From the NCBI GenBank assembly GCA_964016885.1, contig OZ024746.1, forward strand, positions 46,252,001-46,316,000: a DNA stretch of 64,000 bases. Direction: 5' to 3'. The notes below the pieces were generated by a model. That model worked only from the letters and a program-made list of their open reading frames with translations, was not told the origin of the DNA and ran no database searches. This document shows, in pieces, positions 37,560 through 50,289 of this stretch. This stretch comes from Eledone cirrhosa. Its lineage: Eukaryota. Both the position numbers and the translations under genes were made by a program. Position 1 is the first letter of the stretch. Each line of letters starts with the position of its first letter.

Positions 37560-38729
37560 CCAGGATGATGGTGGGTCCCAAGAAGTCAGGAAAACCTCGA
37601 TGAACAGTTGACTTACAACTCCTCAACTGACATGCAATTTGCAAGACACACCATATTCCGTCACAATTCCACCAAGCCCATGCAGCGCCACCATACAGAC
37701 GGTGATCAAGGCTTACTGCTTCGGTAGTGGACCAGGCAGGTGCATCAATTACATAGCAGAGGTTGTTGAATATGGTGGTGGCATGATCATCAGCCTCTGT
37801 TGCATTGCTTTGAACCTGTCATTGGGGATGGTGCCATTGTTAGCGACAGACACTCTCATGGTGGTGTCAGATACCACACTTGGTGCATTTGTGGTTGTAG
37901 GTAGGGCATTTTTTCATGCGCTCCTGTACATAGCCTCTGAGGCTTTGTTTCCCGCAGTGTCTACAAAGGGCATGTGAAGGTTGAGAGTTGTCGGATCTGT
38001 TGACATATTGGCTCCTTTCCTGGCATCTGTAGGAGCTGGAGGCAGCTATGGTTGAAGTGATGTCGTATCCCAGAAAATGGCTGGCTGAGCGTTTTCCACT
38101 TTCTTTCATCTCGCCGTACCTAAAGGTGTCTTTGAGGGTCATGTCCTGCCATGAGTTACCAAGGATGTCTAGGTAGATCTCACAATCCTCCAATCCTCAA
38201 ATGAGGGTGTCATGGACCATGATGTCACTATAGTCAACCACAGTGTTACATGAGGCCAATGGGCACTCCACTTTAAAATTGCAGACACTCGCCTGCAGCA
38301 AAGGCCCTAATTTGTTTATTCCGGTCCTGGTGCATCTGTTGCAGCTGCATGGGAGCAACCATCACGTTTTTTCGGTGGACAGCCAGGGACTTAATGTCGC
38401 TGGAAGTTAAGGCACCGAATGTCCATGTGAGGTCCTTCTTCAAGTCTTCATCACAGCACTCGAGTAGTTAGAAAACAACATCCCTACCTTTAAGGCATGT
38501 GGCACTTTCGTAGTCTGACCATCTGTGTTCAAAGTAGGCCCACTCTTCGCTCATTCCAGCTGTGGAGATGACAGGGCATCTTATCTTCTTAGGCACAGCT
38601 GCTCCTGAAATGGGTGGCGGTGCCTTTGTGCTTTGAGCAGTGCAGCTGTGAAGGTCAACGAGGTGAATCAATACCTCCATGGGAATGTAGGCAGACCCTG
38701 TCAGGTGCAGGGCAGGATATGTCGCTCAT
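37560..38729 (-). pseudogene. Degraded Gypsy-type LTR retrotransposon gag
   Basis: MSDISCPAP start, EEWAYFEHRWSDY, LLECCDEDLKKDL, VDYSDIMV.DTLI.GL, and CRHCG / CTKCG..HH..SVC zinc knuckles; stops and frameshifts; possible LTR at ~38770-39030. Confidence 0.7.
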
Positions 38730-39299
38730 GATGGTTTGCAGGAAGTTGAGTGTACTTCTTTTGTCACAAATGAATCTCAAACACTCTTTGCTTTTCTTAA
38801 GACTTTATTTTTGAAGCTATGACAAAAGAAGATCTCACCAAGTCTGTGTCCATGAGTAAGCCATTTGCAAAGTGATGAAAGCAGTTTGACGTCTAGCAAA
38901 GAAGAGTTCCACAACAAAGGGAGATAAGGGGCGAGACTGTACAAGTCTTATTCCTCTAGTTAGTATAGTACTTCAGGTGGTAACTAGAGTGTAAGATAGT
39001 TATTGATACATACATCTGTATGTGAACATCTAGTTCTTATCGCCAAGACTCTTGAAAAACTAAAGAAGTATCAAAGAATTAGTAACAGAAGAAGAAGTTT
39101 CAAAAGCATAGCAATCAGCTCTTCTGCTAGCAACAAAGAAATTTTCTTTCCAAATGAAGGATTGAGTTTATGATGGTTGTATACTAAGTACAATGTTCCA
39201 TTATAGTGAAATATAGGTATTGAAAATAGAAGATATACAAAGGCTCGAAATAAATATTGCAAGCATACTTTGTTGAATGTGTAACATTAATGTGCATGA

Positions 39300-39790
39300 A
39301 CCACAGAACACCAAAGATCCTTTGGAGGAAACCTATTTCAGCTGCTTGTAGTTGTGATCATATTCTTTTGGTCATTACTCAAGATTCATGACCATAGGTA
39401 ACAATTGACACAAATACCGAACTGAAGATAGCAAGTTTGGCTTTTACACCTACCTCCCTTCTTTTGATGTCCAAATACTGAAGCTGACGCATTACTGCAC
39501 AAGCTCCTGTAATTCATGCACTTAACTCAGCCTCCTGCCTTCTATCACTCATGAAAATGGTCCTGAGATACTTGAACTTCTCCCCATGCTTCAGTGGAAG
39601 TGACTCACATATAGAATGCACTACACAAGCTTCTTTGAGAGGATGAATTTCTCAGTGTTCATGGCACTAATGTTTATACCTGCTCTACAGCACTCAGTAC
39701 CAAACCTATTAGGTGCATGTCATAGATCACCTTCCGATGTGTTAAGTAGTATCATGACATCTGCAAATTCCAGCCGACTGATCTTATACC
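39300..39790 (-). mobile_element. Old RTE-like RT fragment
   Basis: Minus strand FADV and EKFKYL motifs. Confidence 0.5.
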
Positions 39791-39900
39791 TGCCATTCCT
39801 GATACCACATCCAACCCGGCTAGTACTTAGCTCTTACTTTATTTTATCAACCTCAGAAAGATGAAAAGCAAAGTGGACTTTACCAGGATTTGAACTCAGA
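39790..39900 (-). mobile_element. Family M SINE fragment
   Basis: TCTGAGTTCAAATCC...TTTGCTTTTCATCTTTCTGAGGTTGATAAAATAAAGTA. Confidence 0.6.
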
Positions 39901-40619
39901 ATATAATGTAAAGAACCAATATAGATAAAGTAAGACATTTTGTATAAGGTTCTAAATATTCTACCAATAAATATTTTTAAACATCACATAATTTACAAAA
40001 GTCTGGTAGGCATGTATACACACATATATAACTCAAGAAATTATATTTGGATGCCTATATTTTATGGAAAAAATGAAACGAAATTTCATTTCTCACTCTT
40101 AGTATGGCTGTTATACATACTTACCTATATTTTATATTGTTTACATACTTTAATGTTGAATAGTTAAAACTGATGTTTTTTAAAGGAAAAACAGTTTAAT
40201 GATGGAATCAAAATATTCAATTCCATTATCTTATTTGTAAATGATTCTAATTTCAACATTTATAAATATTATATACTGTTTGAGGAAAAAGAAAATCTTA
40301 TGTGAAGAATATGTACAAAAATAGCTTTCATTTTCTTGGAAAATATATAATGTCATAATTTCCTGTCAATTTTGAATTTGAAATAGATTTGTACCAAACA
40401 TAGATATATATGTATATATATAGCTTGACATCCACCTATTTATCTAGTTACCAATCATCCTTCATAAATTCTCCCTATCTGATCAGCTAACAATAGTACT
40501 AATTATATAAATATCTAGATAATCTCATACTTTTTTTTAATTCTTTAAAAATCAATGAATCAATTTTTATATCTCTGCAGTAATGTCTTTGAGAAATCTG
40601 CAGAAAACATTGTCTATGA

Positions 40620-40835
40620 CTCTTCTTCTTTTTTGCCAACTTGTGCCTTGGAGAGGTGTTGGGGCAGAGTACTCAGGCATGCCTTCCAGCAGGTCCTATC
40701 AGAAGCAACTGACCCCAATTGATTTGGCTGAATCCTCAAGCAAGACTAGTCCAGCTCATAAACGTTATCCAACTATTTTGCTTGGGGTCTTCCCCTTGGT
40801 CATGAAATTTGTTCAGCAATTCTTTCCTTAGACAT
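40620..40835 (-). mobile_element. Old RTE-like 3' end
   Basis: GKTPSK...DNV motif and (GAA)n tail; related to 5930-6220. Confidence 0.4.
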
Positions 40836-41959
40836 TCTGTCCCTAACATTAATCAAGTCACCAACTATATATCAATCTGCCCTGACAATATCGTAATTTC
40901 TAAACAATAGGAGAAACTAAGAAATAAATTACAGATATATTGAATATGCAAGCAATCGTCCATTATTTGTATACTCCTCATCAAACTAGATTGTGATGTA
41001 AGTCAATGATTCAATTTTAGTGTTGTATTTGGTAAATTAAAAAGATGTGGGGTTCTATACTTTACTGATAAACAACACTAAAGTTGCATCAGAGAATATT
41101 TACAGACCCTATTTCTCTCAAAATCACACCTGTATAATATTATAATATGTCAGTTGAAGTAAATTAAGAAACTTAGTTTACTACTTGTCCAGTGGCACAA
41201 ATCTTCCCAATTAGATTAACATTCTGTATACAGTGAATTCTGACAATATGATCATAAAACTCCTTAAATAACAATAAATATATTTTTATATTCTTTACAA
41301 TTAGGCCAAGTTGTTATAATTTTTGTCTTGTTGAAGGAAACTAGCAGATCTGATAGAATAAAGACGTCATATATTATTTAAGAGTAGAATCAGAATACAA
41401 TTCAAAGAGAGAAAAGACATAAAGAAAATACAAAATTAGAAATAGATGACAAAGATATAAATATGGATGAGAATGTGAAATAGTGAAAGAAAAAAGATGG
41501 GAAGAAAAAAGTGGAGGTAGGAAATGAGAAAATGAGAAGTAATGAAAGAAAAATGGAAAGAAAGTAGGAAAATAGGAATAAAACACAAGAAGTGAGCTAG
41601 TGAGAAAAAAATAGAAATATGCAAAGGGTGAAAAAGAAAGAGTAGAAGTAAAAAAGAAAGGGGAAAAGTATATCTATAGTACAAGTAGGTAAGATAATTT
41701 TGTTTGATAATATACTTATTCCAGGGGTTATTTGACTTAAATATAGGCATATGATTATCATTGAATATGAGTGTGGGAGACATAGGAGAGAAGAAGAATA
41801 TTACTAGCCTAGATGTAAAACATACTCAAGATCTGTTGGTATCTGTTCTCACTACTTTCATTATATATAGTTCTGTGTGAAATGTCTTTTTGTTGTTGTT
41901 TTGGTTTTTGCTTGAGCTATGCTGCTTCCACCTGATGTTATATAATCTATTTTTTGAGA

Positions 41960-42280
41960 AGGTGTATGGCTTAATGTTTAGGGTATTTGGCTCATGATTA
42001 TAAGGTTGTGACTTCCATTCCCAGTGGCACATTGTGTCTTTGAGCAAAGCATTTTATTTCAATTTGCTCCAGTCCATTCAGCTGGCAAAAATGTATTGTA
42101 CCTGTAATTCAAAGGGCCAGTCTTGTCACATTCTGTGTCACACTGAATCTCCCTGAGAACTACGTTAAGATTATGCAAGTCTGTGGAATGCACAGCCACT
42201 TGCATGTTAATTTCATGAGCAGGTTGTTCCATTGATCTTATCAACTGGAACACTCATTGTCATCATGGATGTAGTACCAT
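41960..42280 (+). mobile_element. CORE-type SINE, tail family B
   Basis: Alignable to 22881-23193 over its whole length. Confidence 0.8.
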
Positions 42281-43815
42281 TTTACATATATAATGTCTTC
42301 TATACCTCATTTATCCAAGCAAGTTAAAAATTCTGGTATACAGGCAATTCTGGATATTCCTAACTAAATGCCCAGGCTTGCGATATGACTACATATAGCA
42401 ACTGAGCAACTAAATAGTTTATAGACATCTCTTATTTAAATTCTTCCTCCTTTTTTTTCTCTTAAAATAAAGGTGTCTATAAAACACAGTAAAATCCAAT
42501 ATTTGTTTCATTCCAACTCTTAAAGTAATTTGATAAGTTGCTGAGATTATTGTGTTTAATTCTGATATAAACCTAACACAAATTAATCTGAATAGACCAA
42601 CAGACAAAGAAGTCAACAATGAACAATAATTATTCATTCAGGCATTCAATCAGAAAAAATAAAAATAAAAATAAAAACATCAACAGCAACAACAACAATA
42701 AAACAGAAAATGATCGGATTTTATTCTCATACAAATAAGTGTTTACATTTCAAAATTTGATCTGCGTTGTAGTCACCAGATCCAAAATGAGAAAGTGGGC
42801 TAAATAACGGGGAAATGGCTTGGATGAACTCACAAAGTTGTTGTTGTAATTTGAGAATTATAAAGAGATTAAGAAAATAACACAACAAAAGCAAAACTAC
42901 TAAATAGCATTGTATGAGTTATAATGAGATTGAAACTAGAAAGATAGCAACACAGGTAATATATAAAGTTCTGACACAGCAAAGGAAATGAATAAAAAAT
43001 TAAAGAAAACAAAAGAAAGAAAAACAATAAGATGATCAAGTGGCATTTACATTGAAGTATGAATACAGAAGAAAGTCAATAAAACACAATCCCAAGGCCG
43101 TAACTTAGATGATTGTAAGATAGATTATATCATAAAAACAAGGATTTTTGAAACATCGGAAGGTATTTTCTGTGACAGTGATGTATTCTCTTGATACACT
43201 TCAGTAATTAAACACTGCTTTGATAATATCCTCTTTTCTTCAAATCTATTAAAACTGTTCTTACTTTACTGAAATTTCGGACTGCATCTATTTCTAATGT
43301 CAACAAGTTTGTTGGTATGACTCCTGTATGTTTCAAGGAAATATTGACAAACCAATCAATCGTCTGAACAGCTTATTTATCACAGTATCAACGCCCACAT
43401 GTTTTACATTATTGTTTTGAGTTAGAATAGGAATCTCTTTTTCTCTAAGCAATCGACAAAAGTGTTATAAAATTTTTTTATTTTTTTTAAATTGGTGTTT
43501 TTAAGTATCCTTTGTCAAGACTGATTGGAAAACAAAATATTACACGAATAGAAAATTTGTTTTCATTATCTGTATAATCAAATAGCATCTACCCTCATTG
43601 CATATACATATTGAATTAACGGATATGAACAGATGATATTCAACTTTAAATTCAATCAATTTTGAGAAAATGTCATGACTCAGAAATAAAACCACAAAGA
43701 TTATTCAATTTTAAAACCAACTTAAATCTAGCTAACTTACAGATATTCATTCCCTAAGACACTAAAACTATCGACCCACTGACATTCTGTATCCTTTCTC
43801 TGACTCTTTTATTAC

Positions 43816-44031
43816 TTAAACTGTTTAGCATTTAAACCGTCCGGATCCGGCCGAAATCTGTTCAAACCAGCAATAACCAGCTGTTCATACTTATTTTAAG
43901 GTATTGTTATCAAAATAAATAATACAAAAATCTCATAGATTCGATATTATGTGAGATAATTATGTAAGATAAAACCTTTACCTTGAAAATGCAATAGTTA
44001 ATATAGAGTAATGTAAATGCTAAAGGGTTAA
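43816..44031. mobile_element. piggyBac-like MITE
   Basis: TTAA...TTTAGCATTTAAACCG and AAATGCTAAAGGG-TTAA ends; third copy of the family. Confidence 0.75.
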
Positions 44032-46324
44032 TATGGGTTTATGCCCTCTTAAAATAGCAAGCTTACCTAATATATTCACCACTAATTCTTCTTACCATCC
44101 CCCCTCTAAAGGACTCTGTTAAATCATTCCAGCAAACTGGTAACATTTGTTCTAGCCATAATTACCATACAAATATCAACCCTCAAAATGCAAGCTTTAT
44201 ATAAAACCTTTCCAGAGGTATAGGTACTTTCCTCCTCATCTGACCAAATAATATAATAAAATATCTAATAATTTCCATGACACAGATTTGAATTTAAAAG
44301 TTTACTCTTGTCACATCTTATAATATAAAAAAAAAACAATGATGGTATATTTAGAATTTCAAGACGAAACTGTAAAATGTTTTTAAAAAAATATCATTGT
44401 GAATTAAGAATGGTAATTATACAGTTTTATGTAGGGATTTTACCAATGAGCCACCATTTTATTTTATTTTTTTAAGATGATGAAGTGTTAAACATAGTTT
44501 TAATGAAAAGATTAGCTAGGATTTTTAGCTGAAGGGATCATAAAAACAGATATGATGTAAATGACATAATTTTTTTTTTTACTGTGAACAGTATTAGCAA
44601 AATAGGTTTGTGAATGCAAAACAAGAAATGCTGGAGGCTTGTTTGAATATGTATATATGGAAGAGACAATTTGTTGTGTTATGCCTCTTTGAATGAAGGA
44701 CTGCAAGTAATATCAACAGAGTTAAGAAATAATATAATAGCAGAGTATGGGAACTCGGAGCAACACTTCATCTCTAAACATTTATTGATCTTATAGCAGA
44801 CACAGAAAATACCTTGAACACTAAAACACTACTACATTTTAACCAATACACACATTGTGTAATATCCACATTCTAATCTCTGTACTCTTCTATCTATATG
44901 GGAAATAATATCTGCCTGGTAGATAAGCCTTCATTCATGAATCTAATTTTTGGCGTATCACTGAATCTGCTCTCCCTATTAGAACTACAACAGTATTTGC
45001 TACTCTGTTATTGCATATTATACATGTTATCTTAACTCAATAGATGAATATTGCAACCATATTGTTCATGTTTTTATTTATGTTTCATTTACAATATCCC
45101 ATATAAAACATGTCATCCTTGTTTTCTAATAATAAAACCATCCAATAACCCACTCACCACCACCATCGTGTTCCCTATCTAAACACTAACATGTCAGAGT
45201 TGAAAATGAATGTAAATTGTATTTACTTCACCTAGGTATTACTCTCAACCTCTGGTTTACAGAATTTTTATGACAATGGTCATCTTATAATCCAATAAGT
45301 TTTTAGGACCATACTAAAACATCTTTAATGTTTCTCAAACAAACAATCATTTTGGCAGACTTTAGCATTTGCTAAGCTATACTTATACCCACTGGGGTTT
45401 AAAATCAACAATGCAATGTAATGTAATGTGACACTTGTCAATTCCACAATATTATTATTGTGTATATGGAGTTCCTTGTACCTATAGCCAAAGAGTATCT
45501 TAAAGATAGTATAGCACTGGTGACAGGATATTATCTAGAAGTACATTTGCTTAGAATCTAACACCTTAAGAAGATCAACTATCTGTAGATTGCCCTTTCT
45601 CCTTACAACCAAGTTCATTAGAAGTGAGTTCTTTGTAGTTGTGGTTACTGAAACTGACTAAATATTATACCTCTTTCTTTCTTTCTTTCAGTTGAGACAG
45701 CAATCAAGTAACTTCCCTCAGATGCTGCAACTAGCTCATTGTAGTGATATATGTGTGCATGAGGTCCACACTCTAAACAGGCAGAGATCCAAATACATAT
45801 TTAGTATATGTTCAGCAGTCTGCTCAAGCAAGCCATACTAGTGAGCTGTTGGTGGTTGCAGTTCCCAATGGAGCATGGCTGCATTCAATTGGCTGACACC
45901 TGTGCATAGCCGATTTGGGGACAGCCACTCCCCCCCCCCCCCCCCCAAGAGATTAGTGACTGGTGGGCAAGCTGTGTTAGAGACAGCAGTCACAAAAGTT
46001 ACTTGGAAACAATCACATTTTCAGTGTGAGAAGCTTTTAACTCTTTTGATTCCAACCCACTGGTCCTACAATGCAGTGCTATTTATTTTAAAGTGTTTAA
46101 ATTTATTTAAAACCATTCCATCATATGTAAGAAACTGTGTTAATTTAGGTTTGAAACAATAATTTAATAATGAAAAGGTTAATTCTATTGTTAAATTCTT
46201 AAAAATTCTCGATTATTTTCAAAATTATTTGAAACCATAGGCTGTGACTTTCATTAGAAATATAATGGAATAGATGAAAGTATTTTTGTCATGAAATTTT
46301 GATAGTAATTCATGGTACATAAAA

Positions 46325-46503
46325 TAATTGTTTCTACTTTAGGCACAAGGCCAGCAATTACCCAGTACATTACTGGTACTTTATTTTATCGACCCCGTAA
46401 GGATGAAAGGCAAAGTTAACCTCGGCGGGATTTGAACTCAGACTGTAAAGGGACGTAACTATGCTAGAAAACATGGCGTCCAACCCTCTACCGACACTGC
46501 CAA
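46325..46503 (-). mobile_element. Family M SINE
   Basis: TGGCAGTGTCGGTAGAGGG...GAGTTCAAATCCCGCCGAGGTTAACTTTGCCTTTCATCCTTACGGGGTCGATAAAATAAAGTACCAG. Confidence 0.82.
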
Positions 46504-46904
46504 TATAAAATAATATTGGATGAGTAGTAAATGTTTCTTGGTTAATTTTAGTACTGTTTAACTGGTACTTGAAGATCAGTTGGGTAAAAGAAATGTATAT
46601 TTGGTAGATATGAATTTTCATAAAGTTATTATAGATATATGGCTGTCTAACACAAAATTAGGTTTCGGAAGATGAAATTATGTTGATAGTTGTAGTTATT
46701 GTGAAATGAATTTTTATTTTGTATCTGTTTCTATATTCGATACATCAACAACACATGGCTCAGTATGGCCAGAAAGAGGAAGCATTGGGTCAACCAGGGA
46801 GGAGTTCCCCCAACAGGAATGAGAAGGATTTAGATTTGGATGTGTTGATATTATTTGAGAATGAAAAGGAATTTAGAATAATGTTTTAATAGCGTTTTAT
46901 AGAC

Positions 46905-47063
46905 ACAGGTATGGCTGTGATTAAGAGGTTTGCTTGGCAACCATGGTGTTTTAGGTTCAGTTCCAAAGTGTAGCACTTTGATGAGTGTCTTCTATTATAG
47001 CCTCAGGCTGACTAATGCTTTGTGAGTCAAATTTAGTAGATGGAAACGTTGTGGAAGCTTGTT
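46905..47063 (+). mobile_element. tRNA-derived SINE head (abundant octopus-type)
   Basis: GGTATGGCTGTG..AAGAGGTTTGCTT...GGTTCAGTTCC...GTGTCTTCTATTATAGCCTC, ending in (TA)n. Confidence 0.6.
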
Positions 47064-47216
47064 ATATATATATATATATATAACAAAAAAAGTATGGTAA
47101 GAAACCAGGTGGACCATAATGCACCAGAGTACTCGATACTTAGGGTAGTAGAGTGGCAAATAGGAAAAGAGTCAGGACCCCGACGGCTGAGCTCCGGCCA
47201 TTTTGACAGGTCAACA

Positions 47217-47316
47217 TAGCAAACCATCTTCAAGGACACGTGTTTCACCAAATAGATTTTCAACTTGAGTTCAAAATCTATTAGGCGAAACACATGTCCT
47301 TGAAGATGATTGGCTA
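47217..47316. repeat. 100-bp near-perfect palindrome/hairpin
   Basis: 49-bp arms with 6 mismatches. Confidence 0.9.
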
Positions 47317-48299
47317 ATATGTTATGGAACTAACTTTATACTGAGCTTGTTTTATTGCTTGAGTGCTCTACTTACTACGGATATACCCTCCCAATGTTCT
47401 ACCACTATATGTGTGTGTGTGAGAGAGAGAGGGGGGGGGGGGTTAGTATATGGCTCATTGATTCTTTCCCTTTAAAACCACAATAACAAGGTAAAATTTG
47501 TAGTAGTAACATGATTCTAAATTTAATATCTATAATAATTAGCTTTGTGTTACGTCTTGGCATCTAAGACATCCTTTTCCAATTTGTCAGTTTGAGTAAA
47601 AAAAAAACAAATAATGGATCCACACCTACTTTACATTTCATTAGTTAAGAGGATCAAAATGTTAAAAGGAATGTCAGAATGAAAATATTTCAAGTCAAGT
47701 GTGTCAGCCATCTCAACAAACCATTTAATAGTACATGTCAGTCATTAATATTCTTAAGTACTTGTATGGCATTAGTGATTTAGGAGCAGAAATCATTGCA
47801 CTATGTTACCTATGGTGTTGTGATGGTTTGATCGGGAGGAAGGGACTTGAGTCAAGTGGGTGTGACAGGAGGTGGCATGAGTTCAGCAATGACCAAGGAA
47901 TAGAAACCTCTATAGTAAACAGAACAGTGTGAGATGACAGTACATATTAAGATAAAGGTCAACTGTGATCAGACATAGGACCTTACAGCCATAACTTCAT
48001 AACTATTTCATATTTTCTAATCCATAATGTATTTGAAACTTATTTAATTCTCCTACCTGTGATTTGGAGAATAATTGATTGATATTACTACATACGATCC
48101 CTTATTTGCAAATCATTACTTAACTAATCACTGGATATGCTGTGTTATGTGCAGTATCTGTTATGAAACATGCTTGCTTAATTCATAATGGTCTTGAGAG
48201 ACTACTTGTCTAAGTGGACAGAATATCAGAAATCTAACTGGGATGTCTACTTCGCTGAATATAGGTAATGCAAAGGTAGAAAAGTTCATGGTTGATGAG

Positions 48300-48810
48300 T
48301 TAAGATTACACCTACTCTCTTGCCACCATAATGCAAGTCAGTTACCTCAACATGCTGCCTTGAATGACATTATTAGAAGGAAATTCAATGTGGCCAGTTT
48401 CCTATCACAACTGAAACCAGTTGGCCTGGACTGTGGTGATGCTTAGCTCTCAGGCAGGATAGCCTTCTTCCCATATGAGGGAGGTAAATCTCTAATTTGG
48501 GTTGCCACATACTGTGACAAGTTCTGTGCTGTGAAACCTATGCTTCAGCAACCAATCCAAGCACTGCTATGTCGAGGAGAGGATGACAACTAAATACTAG
48601 GACCTGACCAACTGCTTCCTTTTAATGTTGGTTCCCATCAGGATCTTGGGTGTTCTCAGTCCTCAACCTGTCGATTTCCTCTGTAAAATCAAGAGGACTG
48701 CATTCCACCTGCAGAAGGAGCCCTGTGATGCAGAGTGACTGATGCAGCAAGTGTTACAGGTTGTTATCCATAGCAATACCTTCACCATATTGTTCATGGA
48801 GTGCAGATTC
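48300..48810 (+). mobile_element. Degraded CRE-clade RLE fragment
   Basis: LHLLSCHHNASQLPQHAALNDII...FLSQLKPVGLDCGD aligns to the 3870-3990 protein; FPYEGGKSLIW. Confidence 0.75.
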
Positions 48811-49293
48811 CAATATAATGTTTGTAGTTAGTAATAGATATGTTATATTATGCAATTTTGATAGTATCATCAATACTATATTCACTTTTCCTTCTCCTTC
48901 ACTTGTGTTTTTAATAAATTCAAAAATGAAAAGTATATCTTTATGTTAAAGATATCTAAGCATAACGTTTTACACTGATATGGGGAATATTTAGAATTTC
49001 AATATTATGTATTACTCATGGCTGTTTTTTTTATATATACTAAGTGCTCCTTCATTGTACCTCAATTTGCAAGTGTGTGTGTGCATGGACATGTGGGTAT
49101 TTAATATATATATGCACTTGTATAAGTCAAACTAATAGATAAGTTATACTTCCAATTTCCATATGACAAATACAATATACCACATATTTCGAATTCAAAA
49201 TTCTGCATTTTGCAAGTTTTGTATCTAAGTTGCATGCTGTTTTTCATGTCATATTTTCATAGAAAAAATCCAACTTATACATAAGTAAATGCA

Positions 49294-49343
<50 letters not shown>

Positions 49344-49394
49344 AGTATATGTTGGTTGTATACCAACACCTCAGTATATATATATATCAAATCT

Positions 49395-49884
49395 CCAAAA
49401 TGGCTGACTGAATATGCACGTGTGTTTTTGTTCCTCGCTTTTTTTCTCATTTCGCCTCCATTCGCTCCTCTTCTCACCTCGTTTCTTTCTATTTATCTTC
49501 TATTTCTAACTCTACCTTCTGAGGGAGGAGTAGTGTCCAAAACGTTCAGACTCTTTTCCTGCTATTGCAAGTGTTAAACTAATATATTTCTTGAATGCAC
49601 TTTGTTGTTTGCTTTGTTATTTTTGTTTTCTTTTTACATATATATATTGATATATAAAAAGTAAATAGAAATAACAAAGCAAATGATACTGTAGAATGAA
49701 GAAATTTATTAGTTTAATGCTGGAAATAACAAGGAAAAGAGTCTTGGTGTTTCAGGCACTAGTCCTTTAACAGAAGATAGAATGATAAATAAAAGATGAA
49801 AAACAAAGAGAAAGAGTGAGAAGAGGAAAGAACAGGAAAAAGATGAGAGAAAAAACACACTTGTGTACTTAACCAGCCATTTTG
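49395..49884. repeat. Inverted pair of family H1 repeats, each with a degenerate minimal hammerhead
   Basis: AAAATGGCTG (49397) mirrored by CAGCCATTTT (~49874); hammerhead-like cores at 49515-49551 (+) and 49742-49777 (-); (TA)n outside and between. Confidence 0.6.
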
Positions 49885-49888
49885 TGTA

Positions 49889-49943
<55 letters not shown>

Positions 49944-50289
49944 AAGAGATAAGACTATTGAAGAGATAAGACCCTTTTATATATATATATATATATATAT
50001 ATTGAAGAGATAAGACCCTTTTTCCCTTATCTGCTAAAATGTATCATTAGAGTTGATTTCATTTCGTTCCGGCCACCCATCCATACAAATCTTCAAAGGT
50101 ATCTTAGTTAGTTTTTATGACATTATTATTGTTAATATTACTACTGTTTTTCTGCTGTATTATTGATGAATTTTCAAAGGTATCTTAGTTCCTATGACGT
50201 TATTATTGTTAATATTACTGCTGTTTTAACTTCGGATATTTACCATGCTGTATTCTAATTCTATCGTATCTCTCTCGGTTATTTACCAT

